A stretch of 64,000 bases of DNA from positions 2,016,001-2,080,000 of the forward strand of contig CBDESU010000001.1 of assembly GCA_965242695.1 (NCBI GenBank). The letters run 5' to 3'. A program made the position numbers and the translations under genes. The number at the start of each line of letters is the position of its first letter. The first letter of the stretch is position 1. Origin of the DNA: Cenarchaeum sp. (GTDB taxonomy: Archaea > Thermoproteota > Nitrososphaeria > Nitrososphaerales > Nitrosopumilaceae). A model generated the notes under the pieces. That model made no database searches and was not told the origin of the DNA. It saw only the letters and a program-made list of their open reading frames with translations. This document shows positions 39,392 through 48,401 of this stretch, one piece after another.

Positions 39392-39709
39392 CTAGCCGAA
39401 CAGAGACGTGAGGCCGGCCATGGCCTGCTCTTCGGACTGCGAGTCGTCCTTTTCCTTCTTTTCCTCGGCCGCGTCGCCAGACTCCTCGGCCGCAGGAGCC
39501 GCCGCTGCCGGTGCGGCCGCTGCCGCAACCGCCACGGGGGCCGCCTTTACCGCCTCGTCAATGTCGACGTCTGCAAGGGCTGCCACCAGCGACTTGACCT
39601 GGGCCTGGTTCACCTCGGCGCCAGACGCCTGGACCACCGAAGAGACGCTCTGCTCGGTGACGTCCTTGTCTAGCTTGTGCAGGAGCAGTGCCGCATAGAC
39701 GTATTCCAT
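39392..39709 (-). CDS. rpl12p: 50S ribosomal protein P1/L12
   Basis: [11 protein letters not shown]...acidic tail...AGLTSLFG. Confidence 0.96.
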   Translation of the reverse strand: MEYVYAALLLHKLDKDVTEQSVSSVVQASGAEVNQAQVKSLVAALADVDIDEAVKAAPVAVAAAAAPAAAAPAAEESGDAAEEKKEKDDSQSEEQAMAGLTSLFG

Positions 39710-40114
39710 GCCGCGGGCCGGCGGCCGGGAGTAATATAAAGATAGGGCGCGGGCGGCCCGGATCTGCCGCAGATGCCCGCAGGCCCGCGCAGCGCACAGC
39801 AGGCTTGCAGTCGAGACGCCCGCTCCACCGCAGCCCCGCGCAGGAGCGCATTGCCGCCGCCAAGGCAGCGGCCTCCAGAGTAGCCCTCCAAATCCTACAA
39901 ACAAGCCGAGGCGGGCCTGCCGTGAGCCAGCAGGCGGCGTGGGCGGCGATCGGACGAGGCGGTTCGCGGCGAGGGACATGCCTCGCCCCGAGCGCGACGC
40001 AGGCGGCACCGCCTCCCCTGCGGCGCAGCGCCAGCCCCCCTTCCCCTTCCCCCTCCCACCGCCACCCCATGCACAGCCCCGACGGTTGATATGGGGCGCA
40101 CCCGCGGGCGGGGC

Positions 40115-40747
40115 ATGCGGCTTGCCGAGTACAAGAGGTACAGGCTAAACTACAAGGCCTTGGAAAACAAGTTGATAAAGGCGATGCTCGGCCCCGAGGA
40201 TATTGCCAGGGCGGAAAGGATTCTTGGGATGAGGGTCGGCGGGGACGGCGGGGAGTCGTACTCGGAAGCGGAGATGGCGTGCCGGACAGACATGGCCCTG
40301 TGCGACATCAAGGACGAGAGGGGCAGGAACAAGGTGCAGGCGTACCTCGAGGACGTCGGGCCGGCCACGGAGATGGATCGCGAGATGCTCGAGATGCGCG
40401 CCGGCGCCAGGACGTCGCTGTTCAGGGTGGAGGCGTGCGATCCGCGCGGGATGATGGTGACGCTGTCCGACCAGCTGCGCGGCGGCCGCGGAGAGGTGAC
40501 CATGTACGACGGCGGAATTAGCGACACGGTCCCCGTCGGATTTTCCATATTCACCCGCATCCACGACAGCCCCGACACCGCCATGACATGGGGCACCACG
40601 TTCGGCTTTCGGACGGGCCTCGCCCCGGCGATGGTCAAAAAGTACAGGAGGATGAGGGAGACGCCGAGCCGCAGGGGCCCCGCCTCGCGGTTTGCGCTGT
40701 TCTTCAGGCTGAACCACAGGTACGGCGTACCGACCAAGTTCGTCTAG
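40115..40747 (+). CDS. Hypothetical protein, paralog 2
   Basis: Family motifs; ACGGTTGATAT at 40082. Confidence 0.8.
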   Translation: MRLAEYKRYRLNYKALENKLIKAMLGPEDIARAERILGMRVGGDGGESYSEAEMACRTDMALCDIKDERGRNKVQAYLEDVGPATEMDREMLEMRAGARTSLFRVEACDPRGMMVTLSDQLRGGRGEVTMYDGGISDTVPVGFSIFTRIHDSPDTAMTWGTTFGFRTGLAPAMVKKYRRMRETPSRRGPASRFALFFRLNHRYGVPTKFV

Positions 40748-40971
40748 CGGCGCGCGGGCGGATGCCGGCGGGCAGGGAGGCCGGGCGGCGCCTGGCCGGC
40801 CGCAGCCCCCCGCCCCGCGGCCGGGCCGCGGCGGCGCGAAAAAAGGCGCAAGCCACGCCGCAGCGGCCGGCGGCGGCGCAGAAGGTCGCACCCCCCCCCC
40901 CCACCTCCGTCCCCCACGGATGCGCCGGGGCCGGCGCAACGGTTGATATGTGACGGCTGCGCGGGCAGGGC

Positions 40972-41604
40972 GTGTCGCTTGCCGACCACGAGAGGGCCGC
41001 AAAGGTGGGCACTGACCTGAACACCAAGCTGATGTCCAAGATGCTCAAGCGCGAGGACATAGTCGGGGCGGCAGAGATGCTGGGCATGACGGTCAAGGGG
41101 AACGAGGTGGAAGTCTACTCCGACATGGAGATGGGCTGCATAATGGACGTTGCGCTTCACGACATCAAGGACGGCGGCGGGAGGAGCAAGGTGCGGGCGT
41201 ACCTCGAGGATATCGGGCCGGCCACGGACCTAGAGCGCGAGATGCTCGAGGCGCGCATCCGCGCCAAGACGTCGCTGTTCAGGATAGAGGGGCACGACCC
41301 CCGCCGGCAGACCGTAGAGCTGTCCGACCAGCTGCGCGGCGGCGGAGGGGACATCACCATGTACGACGGCTACCTGGACGTGGCGCCCGAGGAAGGGAAT
41401 TCCGTGTTCGCCCGCATCTGCAGAGGCCCAAGGACGTGCACGACCTCGGGCATCTCGTTCGGCTTTGCCGAGGAGGCCGCGCCGATGCTGATCCGCAGGT
41501 ACAGGGCGATGAGGGCAAGGCCGAACAAGAGGGGCCCCGCCTCGCGGTTTGCGCTGTTCTTCAGGATGAACCGCAGGTGCGGCCTGGAGGCCCCGCCCGC
41601 ATAG
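40972..41604 (+). CDS. Hypothetical protein, paralog 3
   Basis: Family motifs; ACGGTTGATAT at 40939. Confidence 0.8.
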   Translation: MSLADHERAAKVGTDLNTKLMSKMLKREDIVGAAEMLGMTVKGNEVEVYSDMEMGCIMDVALHDIKDGGGRSKVRAYLEDIGPATDLEREMLEARIRAKTSLFRIEGHDPRRQTVELSDQLRGGGGDITMYDGYLDVAPEEGNSVFARICRGPRTCTTSGISFGFAEEAAPMLIRRYRAMRARPNKRGPASRFALFFRMNRRCGLEAPPA

Positions 41605-41877
41605 GCGCCCGGGCGGTGACAGGGGGCGCCGCGGGCGGGCGGACAGATGCGGCACCCGGCCGGCCGGCCGGCCGGCCACAGGCCTCTCCCTGCCCGCTCG
41701 GCAGCAGGGGCCGCACTGCGGCATGGAAACGCCGCGCGGCGCCATTGCGGCCGGTTGCCGCCGCGGCAGGCCAGCGCCGCGCGCCGCAGCGGCGGCGGCA
41801 GGCGCCGCAGCGCGGGCGCCGTCTTCCCCGCCGCATCCGCCGCAACGGTTGATATGCGGCGCCTGCTCAGAGCGGGC

Positions 41878-42506
41878 GTGTCGTTTTCAGACTACAGGAG
41901 GTACAGGGAGGAGGGCCTAGACCTGAACACCAAGCTGATGCGCAGCATGATCGAGGCCGAGGACATAGACAGGGCGGCGGGCATGCTGGGCATCAAGCGC
42001 GCCGGAAGCAGCCTAGAGTTCCACTCGAGAATGGAGACGGACTGCGTGATCGACTTTATCCTGCACGACGTCAAGGACGGCCGCGGCAGGAGCAAGGTGC
42101 AGGCGTACCTAGAGGACGCCGGGCCGGCGACCGACTTTGAGCGCGAGATGCTCGAGATGCGCATCCGCGCCAAGACGTCGCTGTTCAGGGTAGTGGAATG
42201 CAGGCCCCGCAGTCGGACCGCAAAGCTGTCCGACCAGCTGCACGGAAGCGGGGACGTCACCATATACGACAAGGGCCTGAGCGCGACGCTCGACGCCGGA
42301 AATTCCATGTTCACCCGCATCTACAGGGGGCAGGGGCTCTGCATGACGTCGGGCATCACGTTCAGCTTGCCGAGGAGGTCGTGCCGATGCTGATCCGCAG
42401 GTACAGGGCGATGAGGGCAAAGCCGAACAAGAGGGGCCCCGCCTCGCGGTTTGCGCTGTTCTTCAGGATGAACCGCGCGTGCGGCCTGCCGATCCACTTT
42501 GTGTAG
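41878..42506 (+). pseudogene. Hypothetical protein, paralog 4; frameshift near 42368 (real or sequencing error)
   Basis: TTCAGCTTGCCGAGG versus TTCGGCTTTGCCGAGG in paralog 3 (one T fewer); C-terminus continues in the 42198 frame. Confidence 0.75.
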
Positions 42507-42675
42507 TCGCCCGCGGGCGGTGACAGGGGCGCGCCGCGGGCGGGCGGCGCAGGCCCGGCGGAGCGTGGCGGGCCCGCCGCGGCATGCGGCGGATCCGGCC
42601 GGCAGGGCGGCGCACCCGCGGCGGCCGCCGGCGCCGGGCGCATCCTATTTTTAGCGCGGGCGGGCGGCGCGGCCC

Positions 42676-44076
42676 GTGAGCGCATCCGAGGCCGCGCGCG
42701 GGCCGCGTGCGGCGCAGGCCGGCGGCGGCTGCGCCGGCGATGCCGGCGGGCGGCTGCTCTCCGAGTTTCGGGCCACGCGCGACCGGACGCTCCGCCTCGT
42801 CGCGCCGCTAGCGCCAGACGACTATGTCGTGCAGACTGCCGCCTACACGAGCCCGCCAAAGTGGCACATGGGCCACGTCAGCTGGATATTCGAGGTCGTG
42901 CTAGGAAAGGTCGACCCGTCCTACCGGCCGCACTCGTCCGATCTTGCGGGGTACCTCAACTCGTACTACCAGCAGTTCGGCGAGCCCATGGACAAGGCAG
43001 GCAGGGGGACGGTCTCGCGGCCGACCCTCGAGGAGGTGCGCCGGTACTATGCGGCCGTCACGGACAGGGTCGCCGCGGCCGTCTCGGCCGGCGTGTGCCC
43101 CGCCGGCGGCGAGGCCGAGCGCATGCTGTACCTGGGCATACACCACGAGTGCCAGCACCAAGAGCTGCTCGTGTACGACCTGCAGCACATGCTCGCCTCG
43201 GGGTACGAGCCCGAGGGAGGCAGGGCGGCGGCGCCCCCGGAGCCTCCGGCGGGGGAGGGCGCGCAGGATGCGGCGGAGCCGGGCCGCCTCGTGCGGGTCG
43301 GCGGCGGGCTGTACCGCATGGGAAGCGACGGGAGGGACGGGAGATTCTGCTACGACGTCGAGATGCCCGAGCACGCCGTCCACCTAGAGGACTACTCGAT
43401 CGGCTCCCTGCCCGTCACGTGCGGCGAGTACATGCGGTTCGTGGAGGACGGCGGGTACAAGGCGTACAGGCACTGGCTTGCCGACGGCTGGGAGAGGGTC
43501 AAGGACAGTGGATGGGAGGCTCCCATGTACTGGGAGAGGGACGGCGGCGGGCGGTGGCTCGTCTCGGACTTTGCAGGCCGCCGCCGGCCCGTCGACCCGC
43601 TCGAGCCCGTGCGCAACGTGAGCTTTTACGAGGCCGACGCGTACTGCAGGTGGGCCGGCATGCGCCTGCCGACCGAGGCCGAGTGGGAAAGGGCGGCGCT
43701 GTGGGACGGCCGCGCGGGGCGGAAGAGGCGCTTTCCGTGGGGCGACTCGGGCCCGTCCCCCGACAGGGCCAACCTGCTCGAGTCGGGGCTGTGGCGCTGC
43801 GCGCCGGCCGGCTCGTACCCCGCCGGCGAGAGCCCCGCTGGGTGCCGCCAGATGATCGGCGACGTGTGGGAGTGGACTGCGTCAGAGTTCGTCGGGTACC
43901 CGGGCTTTCGCAGCGGGTTTGACGAGTACAACGACAAGTGGTTCACGGGCCAGAAGGTGCTCAGGGGCGGGTCGTTCGGCACGCCGTCGGTCTCGATAAG
44001 GGGCACGTACAGGAACTTCTTCCGGCTCGACGAGCGGTGGATGATGGCGGGGTTCAGGTGCGCGGCCGACGCGTAG
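42676..44076 (+). CDS. egtB: Ergothioneine biosynthesis sulfoxide synthase EgtB
   Basis: SPPKWHMGH, YLNSYY, SRPT, HHECQHQEL iron motif; FGE-sulfatase domain RLPTEAEWE, GDVWEW, VLRGGS. Confidence 0.92.
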   Translation: MSASEAARGPRAAQAGGGCAGDAGGRLLSEFRATRDRTLRLVAPLAPDDYVVQTAAYTSPPKWHMGHVSWIFEVVLGKVDPSYRPHSSDLAGYLNSYYQQFGEPMDKAGRGTVSRPTLEEVRRYYAAVTDRVAAAVSAGVCPAGGEAERMLYLGIHHECQHQELLVYDLQHMLASGYEPEGGRAAAPPEPPAGEGAQDAAEPGRLVRVGGGLYRMGSDGRDGRFCYDVEMPEHAVHLEDYSIGSLPVTCGEYMRFVEDGGYKAYRHWLADGWERVKDSGWEAPMYWERDGGGRWLVSDFAGRRRPVDPLEPVRNVSFYEADAYCRWAGMRLPTEAEWERAALWDGRAGRKRRFPWGDSGPSPDRANLLESGLWRCAPAGSYPAGESPAGCRQMIGDVWEWTASEFVGYPGFRSGFDEYNDKWFTGQKVLRGGSFGTPSVSIRGTYRNFFRLDERWMMAGFRCAADA

Positions 44077-44529
44077 GCGCGGCGGTGGGGGTGGGAGGAT
44101 CGCGCAATGGCGCAAGATCACCGCAATGTCTAGGGAGGCGCCCCGTTTGCCCCCGCAGGGGCGGCAGGGAAACTCTTCCGGTCAGGACGCCGTGTTGTCA
44201 GGTGACGGGCAGAATCAGGAGCAGTGAACAAAGACGGAGATGGCGACATGCATGTAGCGGGCACGGGACGATCGCGGCCATGGTGCGGCGTGGTCTCGGC
44301 ACATGGCCCACTACCCCATGCAGATCCGATCTCTGACATGTGCGCAACCGTCTCGACGCGGCGCAACACCCCAGGCGCGGCAGTTCCCGCTCTGAACGGA
44401 AAGTGGGACCAATGCGGGCGCCACGGGGCAATGCGGCACCTATGGCACCAGGTCATGATTCAACCTGCAAAATTGTGTGTATGTATGTACACCACAAACT
44501 ATTATAAACAGCTGAGATCGGGTCGGCGC

Positions 44530-45267
44530 GTGTACTACATGTTCGTGGACGAATCAGGGAGTGCTCGTGTTTCCGCAGATCCTTCGAGGAACGACGATGT
44601 TTACATACAGACAGGGTTGATCGTGCACGCCGATGATGTCCACAGGGCCAGAGCGGCCATAGACAGGGTCAAGCGCGAACTCTCCAAGGGCAAAGATACC
44701 AAGGATTGGGAGCTGCACGGGTACGAGGTACGGAGGGACAAGGGCGCCTTTGCGGCGGATCTGCGTGTTAGCGATCGTGAGGAGAGATTGACGGCATTCA
44801 CAAGTACGATCAAAGCGATAAAAGAGTCAGAGGCCGTGCTGATCAGCGTCATAATATGGAAGAATCGGTTGCCCCCGGGGCAGCACAACCTGCTCAGGAC
44901 CTCGTGGAGGCTGCTCACAGAGCGTTACGGGCAGTACTTGGCCAGCTGCGGCGGGGGAGAGGTAGGCAAGATTGTTGCCGACTCTAGCAGCCGCGGCACA
45001 GAGGCAAAAATCAGAGGCGTGCTACAAGAAATCTCCAAGCGGAGGGCTAGGATCGGAAGCCGCCTCGTCCTGGTTTCAGACTATGTGCGCTTTGTAGACT
45101 CGCGCAGTGAGCCGCTTGTTCAGGCCGTCGACATGGTAACATACGCAATCCGCAGGTACTGCCGCAATGATGCCTCGTTCAAGGGATGCTTCGAGGCCCT
45201 CGCGCCGTCCATGTGGCAGCGCGACGGCAAGATCGACGGATTTGGGATCAACTACTACCCGCATTGA
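44530..45267 (+). CDS. DUF3800 domain protein
   Basis: YMFVDESG, WELHG, FVDSRSEPLVQAVDMV; ATTATAAA box upstream; lower GC. Confidence 0.85.
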   Translation: MYYMFVDESGSARVSADPSRNDDVYIQTGLIVHADDVHRARAAIDRVKRELSKGKDTKDWELHGYEVRRDKGAFAADLRVSDREERLTAFTSTIKAIKESEAVLISVIIWKNRLPPGQHNLLRTSWRLLTERYGQYLASCGGGEVGKIVADSSSRGTEAKIRGVLQEISKRRARIGSRLVLVSDYVRFVDSRSEPLVQAVDMVTYAIRRYCRNDASFKGCFEALAPSMWQRDGKIDGFGINYYPH

Positions 45268-45274
45268 GGATAAC

Positions 45275-45342
45275 GCGGGGACGGCAGTGGCATCGGATCC
45301 TCAAGCCGTCGTCCCGCCGGCCTGCGTCCGCCCCGATGCCAC
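45275..45342 (+). ncRNA. Candidate pseudoknotted RNA element 3' of DUF3800
   Basis: 45275-45285 pairs with 45305-45317; loop GTGGCATCGG (45287-45296) is the exact complement of CCGATGCCAC (45333-45342). Confidence 0.45.
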
Positions 45343-45539
45343 CGGGAACGACGGTCGTGCGATACCACTCTCGCGCCGCCCCTAGGTACTGCCCCTTCGC
45401 AGATCCCTGCTCGTGGCGCACAGCGGCGCCATATAAACAATCCCCGCGGCCTCCACGCCTAGAAGCACGCCCAGGCGCCGCAACGTCGGCGCAATGAAGG
45501 CAGTCGGTTACGGTGGGCTGCGGCCCCTAGCGGGCGGGC

Positions 45540-45793
45540 CGTTTTAATAGGAATTTCCAAGCGGGCGGGCCGTGCAAAGGGTGCTCCACGAGATCGAACG
45601 GGCCGCCATGGAGGCCCTGGACGGGGCGGAGAGAGGCATGGGCGAGGCCGACCTTGCAGGGGCGGCAGGGCTGTCGCCGGACCAGACGCGGCGGGGGATC
45701 GAGTGGCTCAGGCACAAGGGGCTTGCCGACGTGGGCGAGTCGTCCGAGTCGATCGTCTCGCTCGGCCCGGCGGGGCGCGGCGCAACGGAGGCG
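45540..45793 (+). pseudogene. Duplicated pheS promoter and 5' fragment
   Basis: Near-identical to ~54528-54782 (TTTTAATAGGAATTTCCAAG...VQRVLHEIERAA...LGPAGRGA). Confidence 0.9.
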
Positions 45794-47213
45794 GCTCCGC
45801 CGGGGATGCCGGCGGGCGGCTGCCCTCCGAGTTTCGGGCCACGCGCGACCGGACGCTCCGGCTCGTCGCGCCGCTCGCGCCCGACGACTATGTCGTGCAG
45901 ACTGCCGCCTACACGAGCCCGCCAAAGTGGCACATAGGCCACGTCAGCTGGATATTCGAGGTCGTGCTCGGAAAGATCGACCCGTCCTACCGGCCGCACT
46001 CGTCCGATCTTGCAGGGTACCTCAACTCGTACTACCAGCAGTTCGGCGAGCCCATGGACAAGGCCGGCAGGGGGACGGTCTCGCGGCCGACCCTCGAGGA
46101 GGTGCGCCGGTACTATGCGGCCGTCACGGACAGGGTCGCAGCGGCCGTCGCGGCCAGCGCGTGCCCCGCCCTGCACGCGGGCGGGCGAGAGTGCGGCGCC
46201 GCAGTAGTCGTAGCGGCCGTCTCGGCCGGCGCGTGCCCCGCCGGCGGCGAGGCCGAGCGCATGCTGTACCTGGGCATACACCACGAGTGCCAGCACCAAG
46301 AGCTGCTCGTGTACGACCTGCAGCACATGCTCGCCTCGGGGTACGAGCCCGAGGGAGGCAGGGCGGCGGCGCCTCCGGCGCCTCCGGCGGGGGAGGCGCG
46401 CAGGATGCGGCGGAGCCGGGCCGCCTCGTGCGGGTCGGCGGCGGGCTGTACCGCATGGGAAGCGACGGGAGGGACGGGAGATTCTGCTACGACGTCGAGA
46501 TGCCCGAGCACGCCGTCCACCTAGAGGACTACTCGATCGGCTCCCTGCCCGTCACGTGCGGCGAGTACATGCGGTTCGTGGAGGACGGCGGGTACAAGGC
46601 GTACAGGCACTGGCTTGCCGACGGCTGGGAGAGGGTCAAGGACAGTGGATGGGAGGCTCCCATGTACTGGGAGAGGGACGGCGGCGGGCGGTGGCTCGTC
46701 TCGGACTTTGCAGGCCGCCGCCGGCCCGTCGACCCGCTCGAGCCCGTGCGCAACGTGAGCTTTTACGAGGCCGACGCGTACTGCAGGTGGGCCGGCATGC
46801 GCCTGCCGACCGAGGCCGAGTGGGAAAGGGCGGCGCTGTGGGACGGCCGCGCGGGGCGGAAGAGGCGCTTTCCGTGGGGCGACTCGGGCCCGTCCCCCGA
46901 CAGGGCCAACCTGCTCGAGTCGGGGCTGTGGCGCTGCGCGCCGGCCGGCTCGTACCCCGCCGGCGAGAGCCCCGCTGGGTGCCGCCAGATGATCGGCGAC
47001 GTGTGGGAGTGGACTGCGTCAGAGTTCGTCGGGTACCCGGGCTTTCGCAGCGGGTTTGACGAGTACAACGACAAGTGGTTCACGGGGCAGAAGGTGCTCA
47101 GGGGCGGGTCGTTCGGCACGCCGTCGGTCTCGATAAGGGGCACGTACAGGAACTTTTTCCGGCTCGACGAGAGGTGGATGCTCGCCGGGTTCCGGTGCGC
47201 GGCCGACGCGTAG
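45794..47213 (+). pseudogene. egtB: Second egtB copy: lacks its own 5' end, 72-bp insertion, frameshift near 46395
   Basis: Near-identical to ~42730-44076; GGGGGAGGCG versus GGGGGAGGGCG. Confidence 0.88.
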
Positions 47214-47423
47214 GCGCGGCAAATGCAGGGTTGCGCGGCGGCCGCGCGGCGGCGAGGGCGGGGGTTGCGATAGTATAGAGCCCCTGTGCCCGGCATGAGG
47301 TGCCCCACTCGCCCCCGCAATGGCGGGCAGGCGAACCCTGTCAGCTGGGGCGGAGTCACATTCCAACGACGCAAGTGCCGCCGCGATTGCGGCGAGCCGC
47401 GGGGTGCGCCGCTTTCGTTCGTA

Positions 47424-47924
47424 TCAGGCTATTTTGCGCAGCCAAGTCTCCTTTCTCGGCTCATCAAGCACGAAATGAAACTTGTTGAAAAAATCCCGCC
47501 GTCCAAGCATGATCGGAAGTCCACACTCAGAGTCTCGCGACACGTCGGTGTCAGGCGACACCACACTTATGAATCCCAGATCAAGCCAAGCGCCGTCGTA
47601 GAACACCTCCAATCCAATCTTCACCTTGTACGCTCCTGTCCACCCTGTTGCACTGAGCATTTTAAATTTTGAGCGTTCGTCAGCGGTGATGCCCATCTGG
47701 AATAGCTCCCATAGCGGAACCACTATCCCACTAGCTCCCGTATCAAGTATCCCGATCGACCTCACTGAACTGTCCCCGCTGGCGGGAGACGGTGTGCCCG
47801 GCATTCTTAGGCGGATCAGGACCGCAGGCACTCGTTCAATGAGGGAGGCGCCTTGCGTAGAGAGGTTGACCTTCATGTATGGGTTACGGATCCACCCTTC
47901 GGAAGGCGCGATGTGCGACATCAT
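47424..47924 (-). CDS. Clan AA (retroviral-like) aspartyl protease
   Basis: ILDTGAS catalytic motif and C-terminal MLGRRDFF. Confidence 0.8.
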   Translation of the reverse strand: MMSHIAPSEGWIRNPYMKVNLSTQGASLIERVPAVLIRLRMPGTPSPASGDSSVRSIGILDTGASGIVVPLWELFQMGITADERSKFKMLSATGWTGAYKVKIGLEVFYDGAWLDLGFISVVSPDTDVSRDSECGLPIMLGRRDFFNKFHFVLDEPRKETWLRKIA

Positions 47925-48160
47925 GATGACCCCATGTACAAGTACGGGACCTCGGATGGATCATTGAAGAAGTGTTCAATGAGGGGCGATTTTACGCCGG
48001 ATCTCCATGCCTCCTCAATTACTTTCTCTGCATGCTTGCCGTGCGCCACAATCTTGCCGTCGTTGATCGCCACCCACTCTCCCCGGTACGGGTCGATCTC
48101 CTCGGTAGTAAGGCTCTGCAGGAACTCTAGGTCCTTGACGGTTGTATCTCCGGCGCTCAT
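47921..48160 (-). CDS. DUF5678-like small protein
   Basis: YRGEWVAINDGKIVAHG; ATGA-coupled to the protease. Confidence 0.75.
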   Translation of the reverse strand: MSAGDTTVKDLEFLQSLTTEEIDPYRGEWVAINDGKIVAHGKHAEKVIEEAWRSGVKSPLIEHFFNDPSEVPYLYMGSS

Positions 48161-48401
48161 GGATGTGGGCGCGCGTGGGCCCTGTTAAAGGTTTCCCGAC
48201 CTCACATACGCGACCCGTGCGCGCAGGGCCGTGCGCCTACTCTGGTGCGAACCGCACGGGCGGGCGGCTCCTTGAGCCGGCATGGCAGGGGCCCAGCCGT
48301 GCACCTGGCGGACAAAGGGCGTTCGCAAGCCAAGCTTCGGCCCAGGGCGCGGCGCAGGCAGCCGCTCGCGCCCACTCCGCCGCAGCCGGCCGGCGCGGCC
48401 G

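Noticed and set aside
44077-44520. 102-aa N-terminal extension of the DUF3800 ORF starting at 44224
   Set aside because: The TATA box at ~44502 and alignment with the paralogs place the start at 44530.
47214-47420. Possible structured RNA after the second egtB
   Set aside because: Only generic GC hairpins; no SRP, RNase P or tRNA hallmark seen.
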